64,000 nucleotides of DNA from Mytilus trossulus (Eukaryota). How positions within the stretch are numbered: the first letter of the stretch is position 1; every line of letters starts with the position of its first letter. Below the pieces are notes generated by a model. It was not told the DNA's origin, ran no database searches, and was given only the letters and a program-made list of their open reading frames with translations. This document shows, piece by piece, positions 24,607 to 38,023 of this stretch. The stretch spans positions 32,798,001 through 32,862,000 of the forward strand of contig NC_086377.1 in assembly GCF_036588685.1 (NCBI RefSeq), given 5' to 3'. Position numbers and translations under genes: made by a program.

Positions 24607-25240
24607 AACAAGAGTGCACACACTGAAATGTCTCGCCTTCTTTACTAATCCTTGATACTATCTTGATAGACCTAAATATAAAGCTTTATTACAACTGTCA
24701 CATAAACTCAACATTAACCAAGAAAATGAAACATTGATCAATAAACCATGAAAATGAGGTCAAGGTCAGATGAACCATGTCAGGCAGACATGTACAGCTG
24801 ACAATTCTTCAATACAACAACTATAGTTGACTTATTGCTTAAAAATAAAGAAAAACAGACCAAAACACAAACACTTAAAACTTAGCAATGGACTGTGAAA
24901 ATGAGGTCAAGGTCAAATAAAACCTGCGTATCCGACATATAGATCATAAAATATTTCCATACACCAATTATAGTAGACCTATTGCGTATAGTATAAGAAA
25001 AACAGACCAAAACACAAAAACTTAACTATAACCACTGAACCATGAAAATGAGGTCAAGGTCAGAAGACACCTGTCAGTTGGACATGTACACCTTACAGTC
25101 CTTCCATACACCGAATATACTAGACCTATTGCTTATAGTATCTGAGATATGGACTTGACCACCAAAACTTAACCTTGTTCACTGATCCATGAAATGAGGT
25201 CGAGGTCAAGTGAAAACTGTCTGACAGGCATGAGGACATG
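24607..25240 (+). mobile_element. Helentron-like element (5' part), about 147-bp units x4
   Basis: Head aacaagagtgcacacactgaaatgtctcgcc. gaggtc(a/g)aggtca recurs near 24757, 24903, 25050 and 25197. Confidence 0.7.
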
Positions 25241-25517
25241 AGGCGTAGGGCCCCCCTTAGGAAAAGTTCTGGATCCGCCACAGTTTAAACAAACCTTTTT
25301 CAAATTCTGACAACCTTTTTCTTCTCCATTTAGACTTTTACCATGTTTAAACCTTCACCAAACATTATTTACAACCTGCAAAAGATGATCATGCATATGT
25401 TTCAATAATTCTGTTTTCGCTATAATATAGACATATATATTACATATATAACCTTTGAAGGATATCAGATGTTTCAAAATTTTGTTTGCTGTACAGTATA
25501 TGTAGTATAAATAAATT

Positions 25518-26788
25518 AACTAGAGGCTCTAAAGAGCCTGTGTCGCTCACCTTGGTCTATGTTAATATTAAACATTGTACACAAATGAATTCATGACAAA
25601 ATTGTGTTTTGGTGATGGTGATGTTTTTGAAGATCTTACTTTAATAAACATTTTTGCTGCTTACAATTATCTCTATCTATAACAGTAGTTTCTGTGGAAA
25701 ATGTTAGTAAAAATCTACAAATTTTGTGAAAATTGTTAAAAAATGACTATGAAGGGCAATAACTCCTCAGGGGGTCATTTGACTATTTTGGTCATGTTGA
25801 CTTATTTTTAGTTCTTACTTTACTGTACATTATTGCTGTTTACAGTTTATCTCTATCTATAATAATATTCAAGATAATAACAAAAAAACAGCAAAATTTC
25901 CTCAAAATTACCAATTTAGGGGCAGCAACCTAACAACCGATGATCCAATTCATCTGAAAATTCTAGGGCAGATAGATCTTGACCTGATCAACAATTTTAC
26001 CTCTGTCAGATTTGCTCTTAATGCTTTGTTTTTTGGGTTATAAGCCAAAAACTGCATTTTTCCCCATGTTCTATTTTTAGCCATGGCCGCCAATTTGGTT
26101 GGTTGGCCGAGTTACCGGACACAATTTTTATACTAGATACCCTAAAGATGATTGTGGCCAAGTTTCAATTAATTTGGCCCAGTAGTTTCAGAGGAGAAGA
26201 TTTTTCTAAAAGATAACTAAGATTTACGAAAAATGGTTAAAAATTTACTATAAAGGGCAATAACTCCTACAGTGGTCAACTGACCATTTTGGTCATGTTG
26301 ACTTATTTGTAGATCTTACTTTGCTGAACATTATTGCTGTTTACAGTTTTTCTCTATCTATAATAATATTCAAGAAAATAACCAAAAACAGCAAAATTTC
26401 CTTAAAATTACCGATTCAGGGGCAGCAACCTAACAACGGAATGTCAGATTCATCTGAAAATGTTAGAGCAGATAGATCTTAACCTGATAAACAATTTCAC
26501 CCTTTGTCAGATTTGCTCTAAATGCTTTGGTTTTTGAATTATAAGCCAAAAACTGCATTTTACCCCTATGTTCTATTTTTAGCCATGGCGGCCATCTTGG
26601 TTGGTTGGCAGGGTCACCGGACACAATTTTTAAACTAGATACCTCAATGATGATTGTGGCCAAGTTTGGTTAAATTTGGCCCAGTAGTTTCAGAGGAGAA
26701 GATTTTTGTAAAAGTTAACGCAGGACGACGACGACGGACGCCAAGTGATGAGAAAAGCTCACTTGGCCCTTCGGGCCAGGTGAGCTAA
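25518..26788 (+). mobile_element. Complete Helentron-like (pearl/HINE-type) non-autonomous element
   Basis: 5' hairpin aggctc-taaa-gagcct and subTIR gctcacct/aggtgagc. Internal 500-bp period (25921 vs 26421), GAC/GACG microsatellite, 3' hairpin gctcacttggccc-ttc-gggccaggtgagc. Confidence 0.85.
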
Positions 26789-27842
26789 TAATAATGCATA
26801 CAACCTTCAAAGAATATTAGATGTATTAATTATTCTGAGTTCATTGTACAGAATATATAACCTCAATGACTGCTGATAATGTTTCAGGGTGATTGTCACA
26901 GATGTCTACAACCTTGAACCTTCAGAGTTCTACATTGTATATACATGTATTATATTTGAACTCTGCTGACAATCTCTCAAGGTTGTAACAGATGGCTTTA
27001 ACCTTGAAGTTTCTATAAATAATATCAACTTGGTTGTTTACATATTTTGTTGCAAAATTGTCATCTATGCTAATTATGCGAAATTCGTTAAAATAAAAAT
27101 AAAAAAGTGTTTTTTTTACATTTTGAGCTTCAAATCAATGATCTCTAAAAATAAATGATCTTCATTATATACATACATGATATAAAGACCAAACAGCCTA
27201 TTGCAGGGGTGGATCCAGTCGTTTTTTTTAATGAGGTTTCCAAACCCAGGATAAGGTGGGGTTCCTACTATAAGTCCCCATTCAAATGCAACTTGATATA
27301 AAAAAAAAAGTGGAGTTGCAACATTGCAACATACCCAGAAACTCCCCCCACCCCGTTTCCCCCACAAACCTTAATATGCCACTGTTATGCCTAAGGACAG
27401 AGCTATTGGTAAAAATAAAGATAAGCTGTGTCAAGCATGTTTAGAACTGATTATCTTATCACAAAGAGAAATTAAACATGTTAAATTTAATACAATTACC
27501 TTTAATATACATCTATATTTCTTACCAAACAACTATTTAGGGTTCCATTAAAGTGTAGTTAATCATGCTAAGAGTGCCCTTTGAGAAAACATCACTCTTA
27601 CTTTTTCAAAAGCTGCAGGAAACACTTACCATGCTTACATACATCTATCAAACCATGTTCCAAGTTTTTTCTTTTTAAACCATGTTAAGACACTTAATAT
27701 ACAATCAACTGCCTGAGTTCATTAAATAGGTCATAAAAAAATACATTTAAAGAAAGGAAAACCTTTAAGGGTGTATAAAAACACTTTAGCACTATATTGT
27801 ATGATGAGCTTTAAAAAGGTGTCAAAATACATAAAACTTTAC

Positions 27843-27947
27843 CTCAAATATTGTCCTTTTAAATCCTTTCTTTGTTGATTTTCTCTCACATTAATCATGT
27901 CAATGAACTCAACCTGTGCTGGTTTAATCTTCACATTTCCCGATCAT
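27843..27947 (-). other. Probable 5'UTR exon of the zinc-finger gene
   Basis: catttcag acceptor and GAG/gtaaag donor. 105 nt of non-repetitive sequence between the candidate first exon and the coding exon. Confidence 0.5.
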
Positions 27948-30900
27948 CTGAAATGTAATTTTATCACATTTATACACCAAATAATGTACTATAACTTGTA
28001 TCATGATGTATAATTATAATGAATGAAAACTTTTCATTCATAATATTTAAATTGAATTCCGATAATAAGACAATTAGGGATGAAATACACCTATTATTTC
28101 TTTAACTACATTGTACTATGACCGGACCGGATTGCATGTCAAAATAAGTGGGGGAACTAGCTGACATTCTGCGACCCAGTTCCTATCATATTATTTTGTA
28201 GGGTAACTAACTCTGAATAGTGATGGTAGAGCATAGGTATCTCATTGTCTGGTTTTCTTCATATAACGCACAAGAAGTCAATAAAACACTAAGTTCAATG
28301 ATGGTATATTAATTATTCTCGTATAGATAAAGCATTCTTATTTTACAACACAAGAAATACATGTATAAGAATATGCAACATTGCTGCCGATATCCAGGCA
28401 GGCCGGGATCGACTGACACCTAGAATATCAAGAAACTCGCTATTGATTTCATAGCGGCTTAATAAGTTTAAATACTAAGTTCTGAATGTCCTAGCAAGTA
28501 ACAAACAAAAGAATGTATGATTTATGAGTTATCGACAAAATGTATAATACACAAATAAAGTTGCAGATGTCGCTTGACCGTTGTCCGAACTTTTAAGATG
28601 CTCTTTATAACTTTACTAGACATATATATAATTTGGTAACTGCTGCAGTCTCATTGTCCAGACAAGATCAATAGTTTATAAAAGTGCTTATTTGACATTG
28701 GTTGAAGTATCCTACGCTTGAAATGTATAGAACATTTAAACAATAATTTTATGTAAAATAGTTTACAAAGTAGAACCCGCATACATTAACTAATAAACCA
28801 TATGAAATAAAATAAACTACATTTTTCTATTACAATACAAAACTATTCAAAAATATTGCTAAGGAAAAATACCTCATTTTTCCTTGGTGATATACTCTCC
28901 CTTCTTCCACAAAAGATTTTTTTTTTCTTATAGAAAGAAGAAATAACAATAAAAAAAAAATCTTTTCATACATGTGCATAATAAATATACTACATGGTAA
29001 CACACATTATTTAAATTAACATTATTTCATTAAAGCAAATTATTCTACAATAATTGAAATATCCTCATTGAAAGTAAACACATCCTGAATTATGTACATG
29101 AATATCATTATTAACGTCATTGAACAAAAAATGTATTGTCATTCGAACACAGTCTTTTGGTTTTGCTTCTATTGATACGAATCTTTTGATATGAGTCTTT
29201 TGATACGAATCCTTTGGTTTAATATCTCATTATAACGTAATGAATAGTTATTTTAACACAGTCTTATGATTTGAATCTTTTGATATGAATCTTTTGATAC
29301 GAATCTTTTGGCAATAGTCTATTGGTCTGAAATTTTCTGGAACATATCTGTTCTGTTGCGCAAACACGACAAATCTTCTGGAAACAAACAAACCTTCCTC
29401 TCAGAAGAGAGTGGTACCTGAAGGATGTTTTATTAGCATAAACCAGTGGCCTGGTTTGAAGTCTCAATCCACATGAAACTTCTGAATTCCCATTTCTGCA
29501 TGGCGATTCATGCCCCAAAAGTTGTGCTCCACACTAACCAGTCGCCTGGTTTGAAGTTTCACTCTGCTTGAAACTTCAGGATTTACATATAGGCTAGATG
29601 TATGTAAATTGTGAATTCCATATTTGCATGGCGATTCATAGCTAATACACATGTATATGGTTTTCCTGACCTTCGAAGTTTCAATCCGCATGAAACTGAA
29701 GAAATTTACATATGACGGATGTAAACTGTGAATTCCATATCCACATGGAGATTCACCTGATCCACTGATGTTTTACATCAACGAATGTAAAACTTTGAAA
29801 TCCATATCCACATGGAAGTTTAAAAAAAAAACACACAATGAAATGTTACATATTCCGAAATGTAACATGAAATCCATAACCTAATGGATTTTTCCTTTAT
29901 ATAATATTTGACAAGGATGAGGAACCGACACTAGAATGAGGCTGAATATATCTCTTTTTCCCACGAGCAAAGCACAGAACTTGATTGCTTAACTGCAATT
30001 TACTTTGAAAATGTCTTGTATTCTGGTTCTTTTCTGTACTAGAATCCTCTGAAATAGTCTAATTTGATAATCATAAATGTTATTGAAACTTCTTCCATAC
30101 TACTGAGTATAATGAGACACAGCTCACTAAAATCACCTTGTGACAATATATTTTGGCCTTTATTCTTGAAATATTAATATCCTATAAAATTGAGAATGGA
30201 AATGGGGAATTGAAAAACTTCATTCTTAGCCTTTTGAAAAACAATGAGCCAAGTCTATATTTAATAGAGAAACGTTTAGTTTCTACATGTACACAGCATT
30301 AATATTATTCTTTAGTTGATCTTTGAATTTATTAAAAACTATAAAGTACAAACCCTTGGGATTAACTAACACATTACTTAAGAAATATAGGGTAAAAATA
30401 AATTTTCGGACTTTTATAACTGACTGATTAGATATATATATTAATACTTCAAAAACCAAAATTAACAATGATGTATCATAATGTTAAGAAATCAATGAAA
30501 ATGAATTTCCCGAATTTGATAATAATTCAGCATGGAGTCGTCACTTCCATACTAAACTGCCTGTAAGAAGTAAGGTTTGGTTGACGAGACCAACCCTTAC
30601 TCTACAGTTTAAAAATGTTTCTAAATATTTGTCATCACATTAAACAATCATTGTTATTTTTAATTTATGTCTTATTACAATGTACTTTATTTTAGTGTTG
30701 AATGATAAGAACAACAAAAATTACATGACTATTAGAAAAAAAATTGTATTCCATGGTCTTTGTCTAGGACAAGAGCATGAACAATGCTGAAATAAGTATA
30801 TAGATCCTTAAAAACTTATACGAGCATGTCTTTTTAAGAACAAAAGCTCGATTAAAGCAGAACCTATAACATACCCAGTTTTGGTAAGGAACTAGTACAG

Positions 30901-31300
30901 ACTTGGATCATTGCCATTAACCCTTGCATAATGTTCAATAAGTTTTAATCTGAACCTGTTAATGCCATGACCAGATGAATATTGAGTGGGTATTGCTCTT
31001 CGTGTTGTAGGTGTAAAATGGTGCATAAATTTCATTGTTTCAATATCAAACTATTCAAAAATATTGCTAGTACTATCATGTCCATATATCATGTGTGGTA
31101 CACAAAAATCAATGGATTATTGTCATCATTAGATTGTCACATCATGAAACCAAAAAAGTTATACTGCTATAAACTTTCTATCAATTAATTTGTAGATTTA
31201 AATAGCCTTTTCATCATGCTGTCTGGCCTTAAAATCTTCATAAAACATGACAATTAGACAGTATTAATCTGTTAAACTGGTTTGTCAGATTCCCATACCC

Positions 31301-31771
31301 TAAAATTGAGAATGGAAATGGGGAATGTGTCAAAGAGACAACAACCCGACCAAATAAAAAAACAACATCAGAAGGTCACCAACAGGTCTTCAATGTAGCG
31401 AGAAATTCCCGCACCTGGAGGCGTCCTTCAGCTGGCCCCTAAACAAATATATACTAGTTCAGTGATAATGAACGCCATACTAATTTCCAAATTGTACACA
31501 AGAAACTAAAATTAAAATAATACAAGACTAACAAAGGCCAGAGGCTCCTGACTTGGGACAGGCGCAAAAATGCGGCGGGGTTAAACATGTTTGTGAGATC
31601 TCAACCCTCCCCCTATACCTAACCAATGTAGAAACGTAAACGCATAACAATACGCACATTAAAATTCAGTGCAAGAGAAGTCTGAGTCTGATGTCAGAAG
31701 ATGTAACTAAAGAAAATAAACAAAATGACAATAATACATAAATAACAACAGACTACTAGCAGTTAACTGAC
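31301..31771 (-). mobile_element. 5'-truncated copy of the Penelope-like 3' region (family A)
   Basis: Nearly identical to 21597-22071, with the same 3' terminus. Confidence 0.9.
31536..31624 (-). ncRNA. Twister-like ribozyme, P5 permutation, family A, core fully intact
   Basis: P5 AGGU/GCCU; P2 GGGG/CCCC; GAGGG; U^AA; GC; P3 CGCA/UGCG; P4 CCUG/CAGG; L4 UCCCAAGU. Predicted cut between 31583 and 31582. Confidence 0.82.
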
Positions 31772-32641
31772 TGCTTACACTATTCGCATTTTTTTGTCAT
31801 TTCCTGGGTCCTGCAAGACCTCATTTCCCATTTTCACGACACAATAATTTGACTTTCACGTGTCACGCTTACAAAAAATCGGCAATCCCCCGTCATGCTT
31901 AGACCCCAATGAGACCCGCACCTATAACTGTATAAATAGACTCACCAAGGGGGATAACTTTGTAAAAATCAGCTGAATGCTTTTTCACAATCTATTATAA
32001 TGTCAAGGAAATATTTAGGTTCTCAATGATCTAAATTAGTGTTTGTCAAACTGATATAAATCAAACATTTTTTTCCAATAAAGTGTGTGGTTCTAGATTT
32101 CAGACATTTTTATATTTTGGTCAAAAAAGGTCAATTTAGTGAAATGTTTGTAAAAAGTTTATAAAATTAAAACGAACCAAATTAATTTAATTTCTTAGGT
32201 TTTTGGTACCACCTGAAGGTTTTTAATTATCATGAATATGTTATAAAATTAAACAGTCTTAAATAGAAAAACTTTTGTAGTCCTAGGCCAGTGAGCTTAT
32301 TGTTTGATATATATCAATTCATAAATGTTTATTCCTCAGCAATGACAATGGTTGAAAAAAAAATAACAGCATAAAAACCTGCAAAATAAAACAATGAAAA
32401 ATATGCTGGATATGATTGCTTCAGAATTTATCATGTACAATGTACATGTACAAATGAGGTAACTGTATGTCCTTTAACAGTGAACTTAATCCATACCAAA
32501 TAATTTCATGATATTTAGAAAGCTTCATGTATTAATATGATAAAAGGCCTTGACATGACAAATGTCAAATAATTCATTTCGAACAAGAAAACTCAATAAC
32601 TTTCTTAATGTAATTTAAGTCCTGAGCTGGTTGGTTGATTT

Positions 32642-33951
32642 CAAGAGCATGAAGCGTAAATACTCCAGTGTCTTGCCTATTTTTGCTGTAAATCGCAGTC
32701 TCAACAACCATGAGGAAAAAAATCAATAAAAATAAGTCCATTTAAAAGTAAATTACAGAAAAAACAGAGTAATCTTTTTACAAACTTTACTTCTGGATAC
32801 AATCTTATGATCATAAATAAACTTCTGTTCAAGTTTGGTACAAACCCAGGATAGTTTAAGAAAGTTATTGAAATTTTAAAAACTTTAACCACAGAGTGAA
32901 TGTAATAGTTCCCCGCAGAAAAAACAGAGTCCATTTAAAAGTAAAATGTGGAAAAAATGGATTTATTTATTTACAAAATTTACTTCTGGATACTATCTTA
33001 TGATCATAAACAAGCTTCTGTCCAAGTTTGGTACAAACCCAGGATAGTTTAAGAAAGTTATTAAATTCTAAAAACTTTAACCACAGAGTGAATGTAATGT
33101 TTCCCCCCAGAAAAAAACTAAGTCCATTTTTAAGTACATGTAAAATACGGAAAAAATGGAATTTAATTTTTAGAAAATTTACTTCTGGATATTATCTTAT
33201 GATCATAAACAAGCTTCTGTCCAAGTTTGGTACAAACCCAGGATAGTTTGAGAAAGTTATCAAAATTCTAAAAACTTTAACCACAGAGTGAATGTAATAG
33301 TTCCCCGCAGAAAAAACAGAGTCCATTTAAAAGTAAAATGTGGAAAAAATGGATTTATTTATTTACAAAATTTACTTCTGGATACTATCTTATGATCATA
33401 AACAAGCTTCTGTCCAAATTTGGTACAAACCCAGGATAGTTTAAGAAAGTTATTAAAATTCTAAAAACTTTAACCACAGAGTGAATGTAATGTTTCCCCC
33501 CAGAAAAAAACTAAGTCCATTCATAAGTAAAATACGGAAAAAATGGAATTTTATTTTTATAAAATTTACTTCTGGATATTATCTTATGATCATAAACAAG
33601 CTTCTGTCCCAGTTAGGTACAAACCCAGGATAGTTTGAGAAAGTTATCAAAATTCTAAAAACTTTAACCACAGAGTGAATGTTTTGTTTCCCCTAAGAAA
33701 AAACTAAGTCCATTTATAGAAAAATACGGAAAAAATGGAATTTTATTTTTACAAACTTTACTTCTGGATACTATCTCATGATCATAAACAAGCTTTTGTC
33801 CAAGTTTGGTAGAAATCCAGTATAGTTTAAGAAAGTTATTAAAATTTCAAAAACTTTAACCACAGAGTGAATATTTGTTGACGCCGCCAACGACCGAATG
33901 TAGGATCGCTTAGTCTCGCTTTTTCGACTAAAGTCGAAGGCTCAACAAAAA
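32642..33951 (+). mobile_element. Helentron-like element with about 195-bp satellite x6
   Basis: actttaaccacagagtgaat recurs near 32882, 33074, 33274, 33467, 33661 and 33853. 3' hairpin ttcgact-aa-agtcgaa then an A-run. Confidence 0.85.
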
Positions 33952-34552
33952 TGAGACTTTCAACCATGTCATTGATTGTGCTTAACATAAATACTTTTCT
34001 TTTACCTGGTGTAAGTGGTCATGAATTTATTAACAGTACATTTAGTAAAAATTCCTATAAAATCAATTTAGTGTCAATATGTCATTTTAAAGTCATACAT
34101 TTTATTTAAAAGTATGTCAAACAAATTTTTTTTTTTTTTATATAAAATTCTTCAATACTATAACATTGCATAATGTTTAAAATTCATAAAATTGTTAAAT
34201 AGCAGTGAAATTGGTAAATTATTTAAATCTTTAAAACATCTTTTGTACTAATATTATACATGTTGTATATTTAATGTATGAAACGGTACATTAAACATGT
34301 TAAACATGAATTCCAAAATGTTTCAATAACATTGACATTCATATCATGCTACATTTGTACGTATACATTATACACATTATATACACAATATCTTATTAAA
34401 CTACATTTGATTGCTTTAAAGAGAAATAATATTTAATCATTTGATATGCACATTTAATAACTAGCTATTATAATGCACATGATGCATTAAAATAAAGAAA
34501 GACAAATTTCAAAGTATATATTACATGTATTAATGAATATAAAGTTAAAAAA

Positions 34553-35458
34553 TTTGTAAGGGTTCCGCGGAACCTAGTGTCTCGCCTACTTTTGCTGTAA
34601 CTCCCAGGCTAAACAAAAATGACAAAAACAATCAATAAAAATATTCCTCTTGATACTATCTTTTGATTGTAAGATGCTTCTGTCTAACATGTCCAAGTTT
34701 GGTAAAAATTTCAGGATAGTTTATGAATCAAATAATTTTTTTAAAAACTTTAACTGCAGACTGTTTGTAATGTTAACTGGAAGAAAAACTAAGTCCATTT
34801 ATAAGTAAAATACAGATAGACTGCAGGTACCAAATATTAACAAAATTTCCTTTCTAGATACTAGCATTTGATCATAAACAAGCTTCTGTCCAAGTTTGGT
34901 ACAAATTTAAAATAGTATAAGAAATTCAGTTATCAAATTTTTTAAAAATTTAACCACAGAGGATCGAATGTGTTGTTTCCTGGCAGAAAACCTAAGTCCA
35001 TTTAAAGGTATAATACAGAAAAAATGGATTTTTTTTTTTAATTTACTTCTGGATACTATCTTATGATCATAAACAAGCTTCTGTCCAAGTTTGGTAGAAA
35101 TCCAGTATAGTTTAAGAAAGATATTCAAATTTTAAAAACTTTAACCACAGAGTGAATGTAATGTTTCCCCGCAGAAAAACTAAGACCATTTATAATTAAA
35201 ATACAGAAAAAATAGAATTTTATTTTTACAAAATTTACTTCTGGATACTATCTTACACAATGTATGATCATAAACAAGCTTCTGTCCATGTTTGGTAGAA
35301 ATCCAGTATAGTTTAAGAAAGTTATTAAAGGTTCAAAAACTTTAACCACAGAGTGAATATTTGTGGAAGCCGAGGCCGCCGACGACGACATCGATGATGA
35401 TGGAATGTAGGATCGCTTAGTCTTGCTTTTTCAACTAAAGTCGAAGGCTTGACAAAAA
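34553..35458 (+). mobile_element. Second copy of the same Helentron-like family, about 4 units
   Basis: 5' palindrome ggttccgcggaacc then gtctcgcct. Same 195-bp unit and same 3' end as 32642-33951. Confidence 0.85.
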
Positions 35459-35930
35459 TGATCTCTGAGACTGCCCCTTATTGCAACATACTTACATGTG
35501 CAGAGTCCATGTGGTACATTTATATGATTTGGTCAAAAGACTTTACAATGTACATTACAAATTGACTGGGTGCTTTATTTTTCCTACTTTTTCTTGTATA
35601 CCATTTAGTAAACAGTTTGTATTATTAGTCTGGCTCTATATTGTATGTTACAGTGTAAATGTATGAATTATTATAGTCTAAAAACTAAATGTGTCTACAG
35701 ACAACGAAGCAAACGTTAACAACAGCAACATCATTTCATTATACAAACCCCCCAGAAATGTTGCGGTCTTGTTTTTATTGTATTGGTTGATTCGTGTTTT
35801 CAAAAGTAATTTGTTCTAAAAGCTTATATTATAGGATTATCCAAGAACTTGGGTAGACTTGTTTAATCCTTCGGACTTTTATTCAGTTTGAGAGTTAACC
35901 GCCCCGGTTTACACATCAATAACCTCTAGA

Positions 35931-36826
35931 AACAAGAGGCTCTCAAGAGCCTGAATCGCTCACCTTAATTCTTTTGGTTAAATCTCTCATCAATGATTAT
36001 TTTGGCTTTCAATTTATTTAAATGTTTTTTGGATCGTCCTATTTTCTTCAAAAGCCAAAAAAAATAATCATTTTCTCCCATGTTCTATTTTAGCCATAGG
36101 AGCTATGTTTCTTGACATACAAGGAAATAAAATATAAAATTTATACTAGATACTCTGAAACTCATTTTGCCTAAATTTGGCTGAAATTGATACAGCAGTT
36201 TCAAAGGAGAAGATTTTTTTAAAGTAAGTCAACATGATGAACAAATTGTGAAAAAAGTCTTTAAAGGGCAATAACTCCTTAAGGGGTCAATTGACAATTT
36301 TGGTCAAATTGACTTAATTGAAGATCTTACTTTGCTGAACATTATTGCTGTTTACAGTTTATTTCTATCTATAATTATAATCAAGATAATAAACAAAAAC
36401 AGCAAAATTTCTTTAAAATTCCCAATTCAGGGGCAGCAACCCAATAACGGGTTGTCTGATTCATCTGAAAATTTCAGGACAGATAGATCTTGACCTGATA
36501 AACATTATTTCCACATGTCAGATTTGCTCTAAAGGCTTTGGTTTTTGAGTTATAAGCCAAAAACTGCATTTGACCCCTATGTTCTATTTTTAGCAATGGC
36601 GACCATGTTTGTTGATAGATCACAACTTCGGATACAATTTACAAACTAGATACCCTAAGGAACATTCAGTTAAAGTTTGGAAGTATTTGGCCCAGTAGTT
36701 TCAGAGGAGAAGATTCTTGAAATAGTTTACGACGACGACGGACTACGATGACAGACGACGGACGACGAAGGACGCCAAGTGATGGCATAAGCTCACTTGT
36801 CCCTTTCGGGACAGGTGAGCTAAAAA
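35931..36826 (+). mobile_element. Helentron-like element of the same family as 25518-26788
   Basis: Head aacaagaggctctcaagagcctgaatcgctcacc, GACG microsatellite, tail gctcacttgtccc-tttc-gggacaggtgagc. Confidence 0.85.
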
Positions 36827-37343
36827 TGTGTTTAATCCTATAATGTATGTCTTTAACATACTTTTTGTTGTTTACATAGTTATATGTCCAATATCCAAGA
36901 ACTTGGGTAGACAACGGGTATATTTGTATAGACAATGGGAAGACAAAGAAATCAGAAGGAAAACACACTCCCTTTACCCAGTACAAATTCCCCCAAAAAC
37001 AGAAATTTTCATGTATCATGTGTAAAGTCTGGTATAAATTTATGTTTCAATCCAGATCTTATGACATTTTATTATAAAATGTTTAACCAGACGAGGTTAT
37101 GCTAAGGACAAATATGACCTGTAAAATTTTGTCCAGGACAGAATTTTATTATAAAATATTGTCCACTTCTGTGTACAAGTGTCCCTGGCACATGTTTAAA
37201 AGATATCTATTTTGACCTTTGTTGGATGATCTTGGATATTTTTTCATTAACATGATTGACGTCCAAATAATTAATTGCATAAAAGTTTGGTCTAATACCA
37301 ATTTCCAAATAATTTAATTTACCAAAAATAATAGACTGAATTC

Positions 37344-37743
37344 ACAATAGACAACTTTCGAGTTCATCCGTCACCGGAAAAAACTCGTCAATTATACGCG
37401 CCTTTATCATCGTCATTTGTGCGTTTAGGGGCGTCGTCACTTCCTTCCAATGTTGAGCGAGTGGTTGGAAAACTATAATTCTATATTGTACGAATTATTC
37501 GGCAATTTGAATTCTCAAAATTGACAATCAACACTGCTGTCATTAGGGAAATGTCAGTAAGTACCTACAGAGCCACCATTATTTCTAGTTTATCCTGCAC
37601 AAAGACGATCACTAAGACGCTTGATGAACGTAAATAGTGCAGGGATACAGGCGAGCCCCTCTATCTGGTAAATGACGTCATAAAGGCGTGTATAATTGAC
37701 GAGTTTTTGCCGGTGACGGATGAACTCGAAAGTGGTCTATTGT
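37344..37743. mobile_element. MITE with about 75-bp terminal inverted repeats
   Basis: acaatagacaactttcgagttcatccgtcaccgg... / ...ccggtgacggatgaactcgaaagtggtctattgt. TSD is ambiguous (TA or AT). Confidence 0.85.
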
Positions 37744-38023
37744 TTTTAGATACATCATTATAAACATGTATACAGCATGTGGACTCAATGATTTGTTTGT
37801 TACATCTTTGGATTATCATTTATAACAACATGAACAAGATCCTATGTTTTTTGTCAACATGTATGTATAAAAAATTCTATATAATAGCTGTTTATATTCA
37901 CCACTTTCATGACTTTTCTTATGTTGTCTTGATTTACATGATTTAAATTTCAATTATGATTTAACTAATTGAGCTTAATCATTTCCCTTCTTTAGGAACA
38001 AATATAATAAATAGGTCAGTCAA

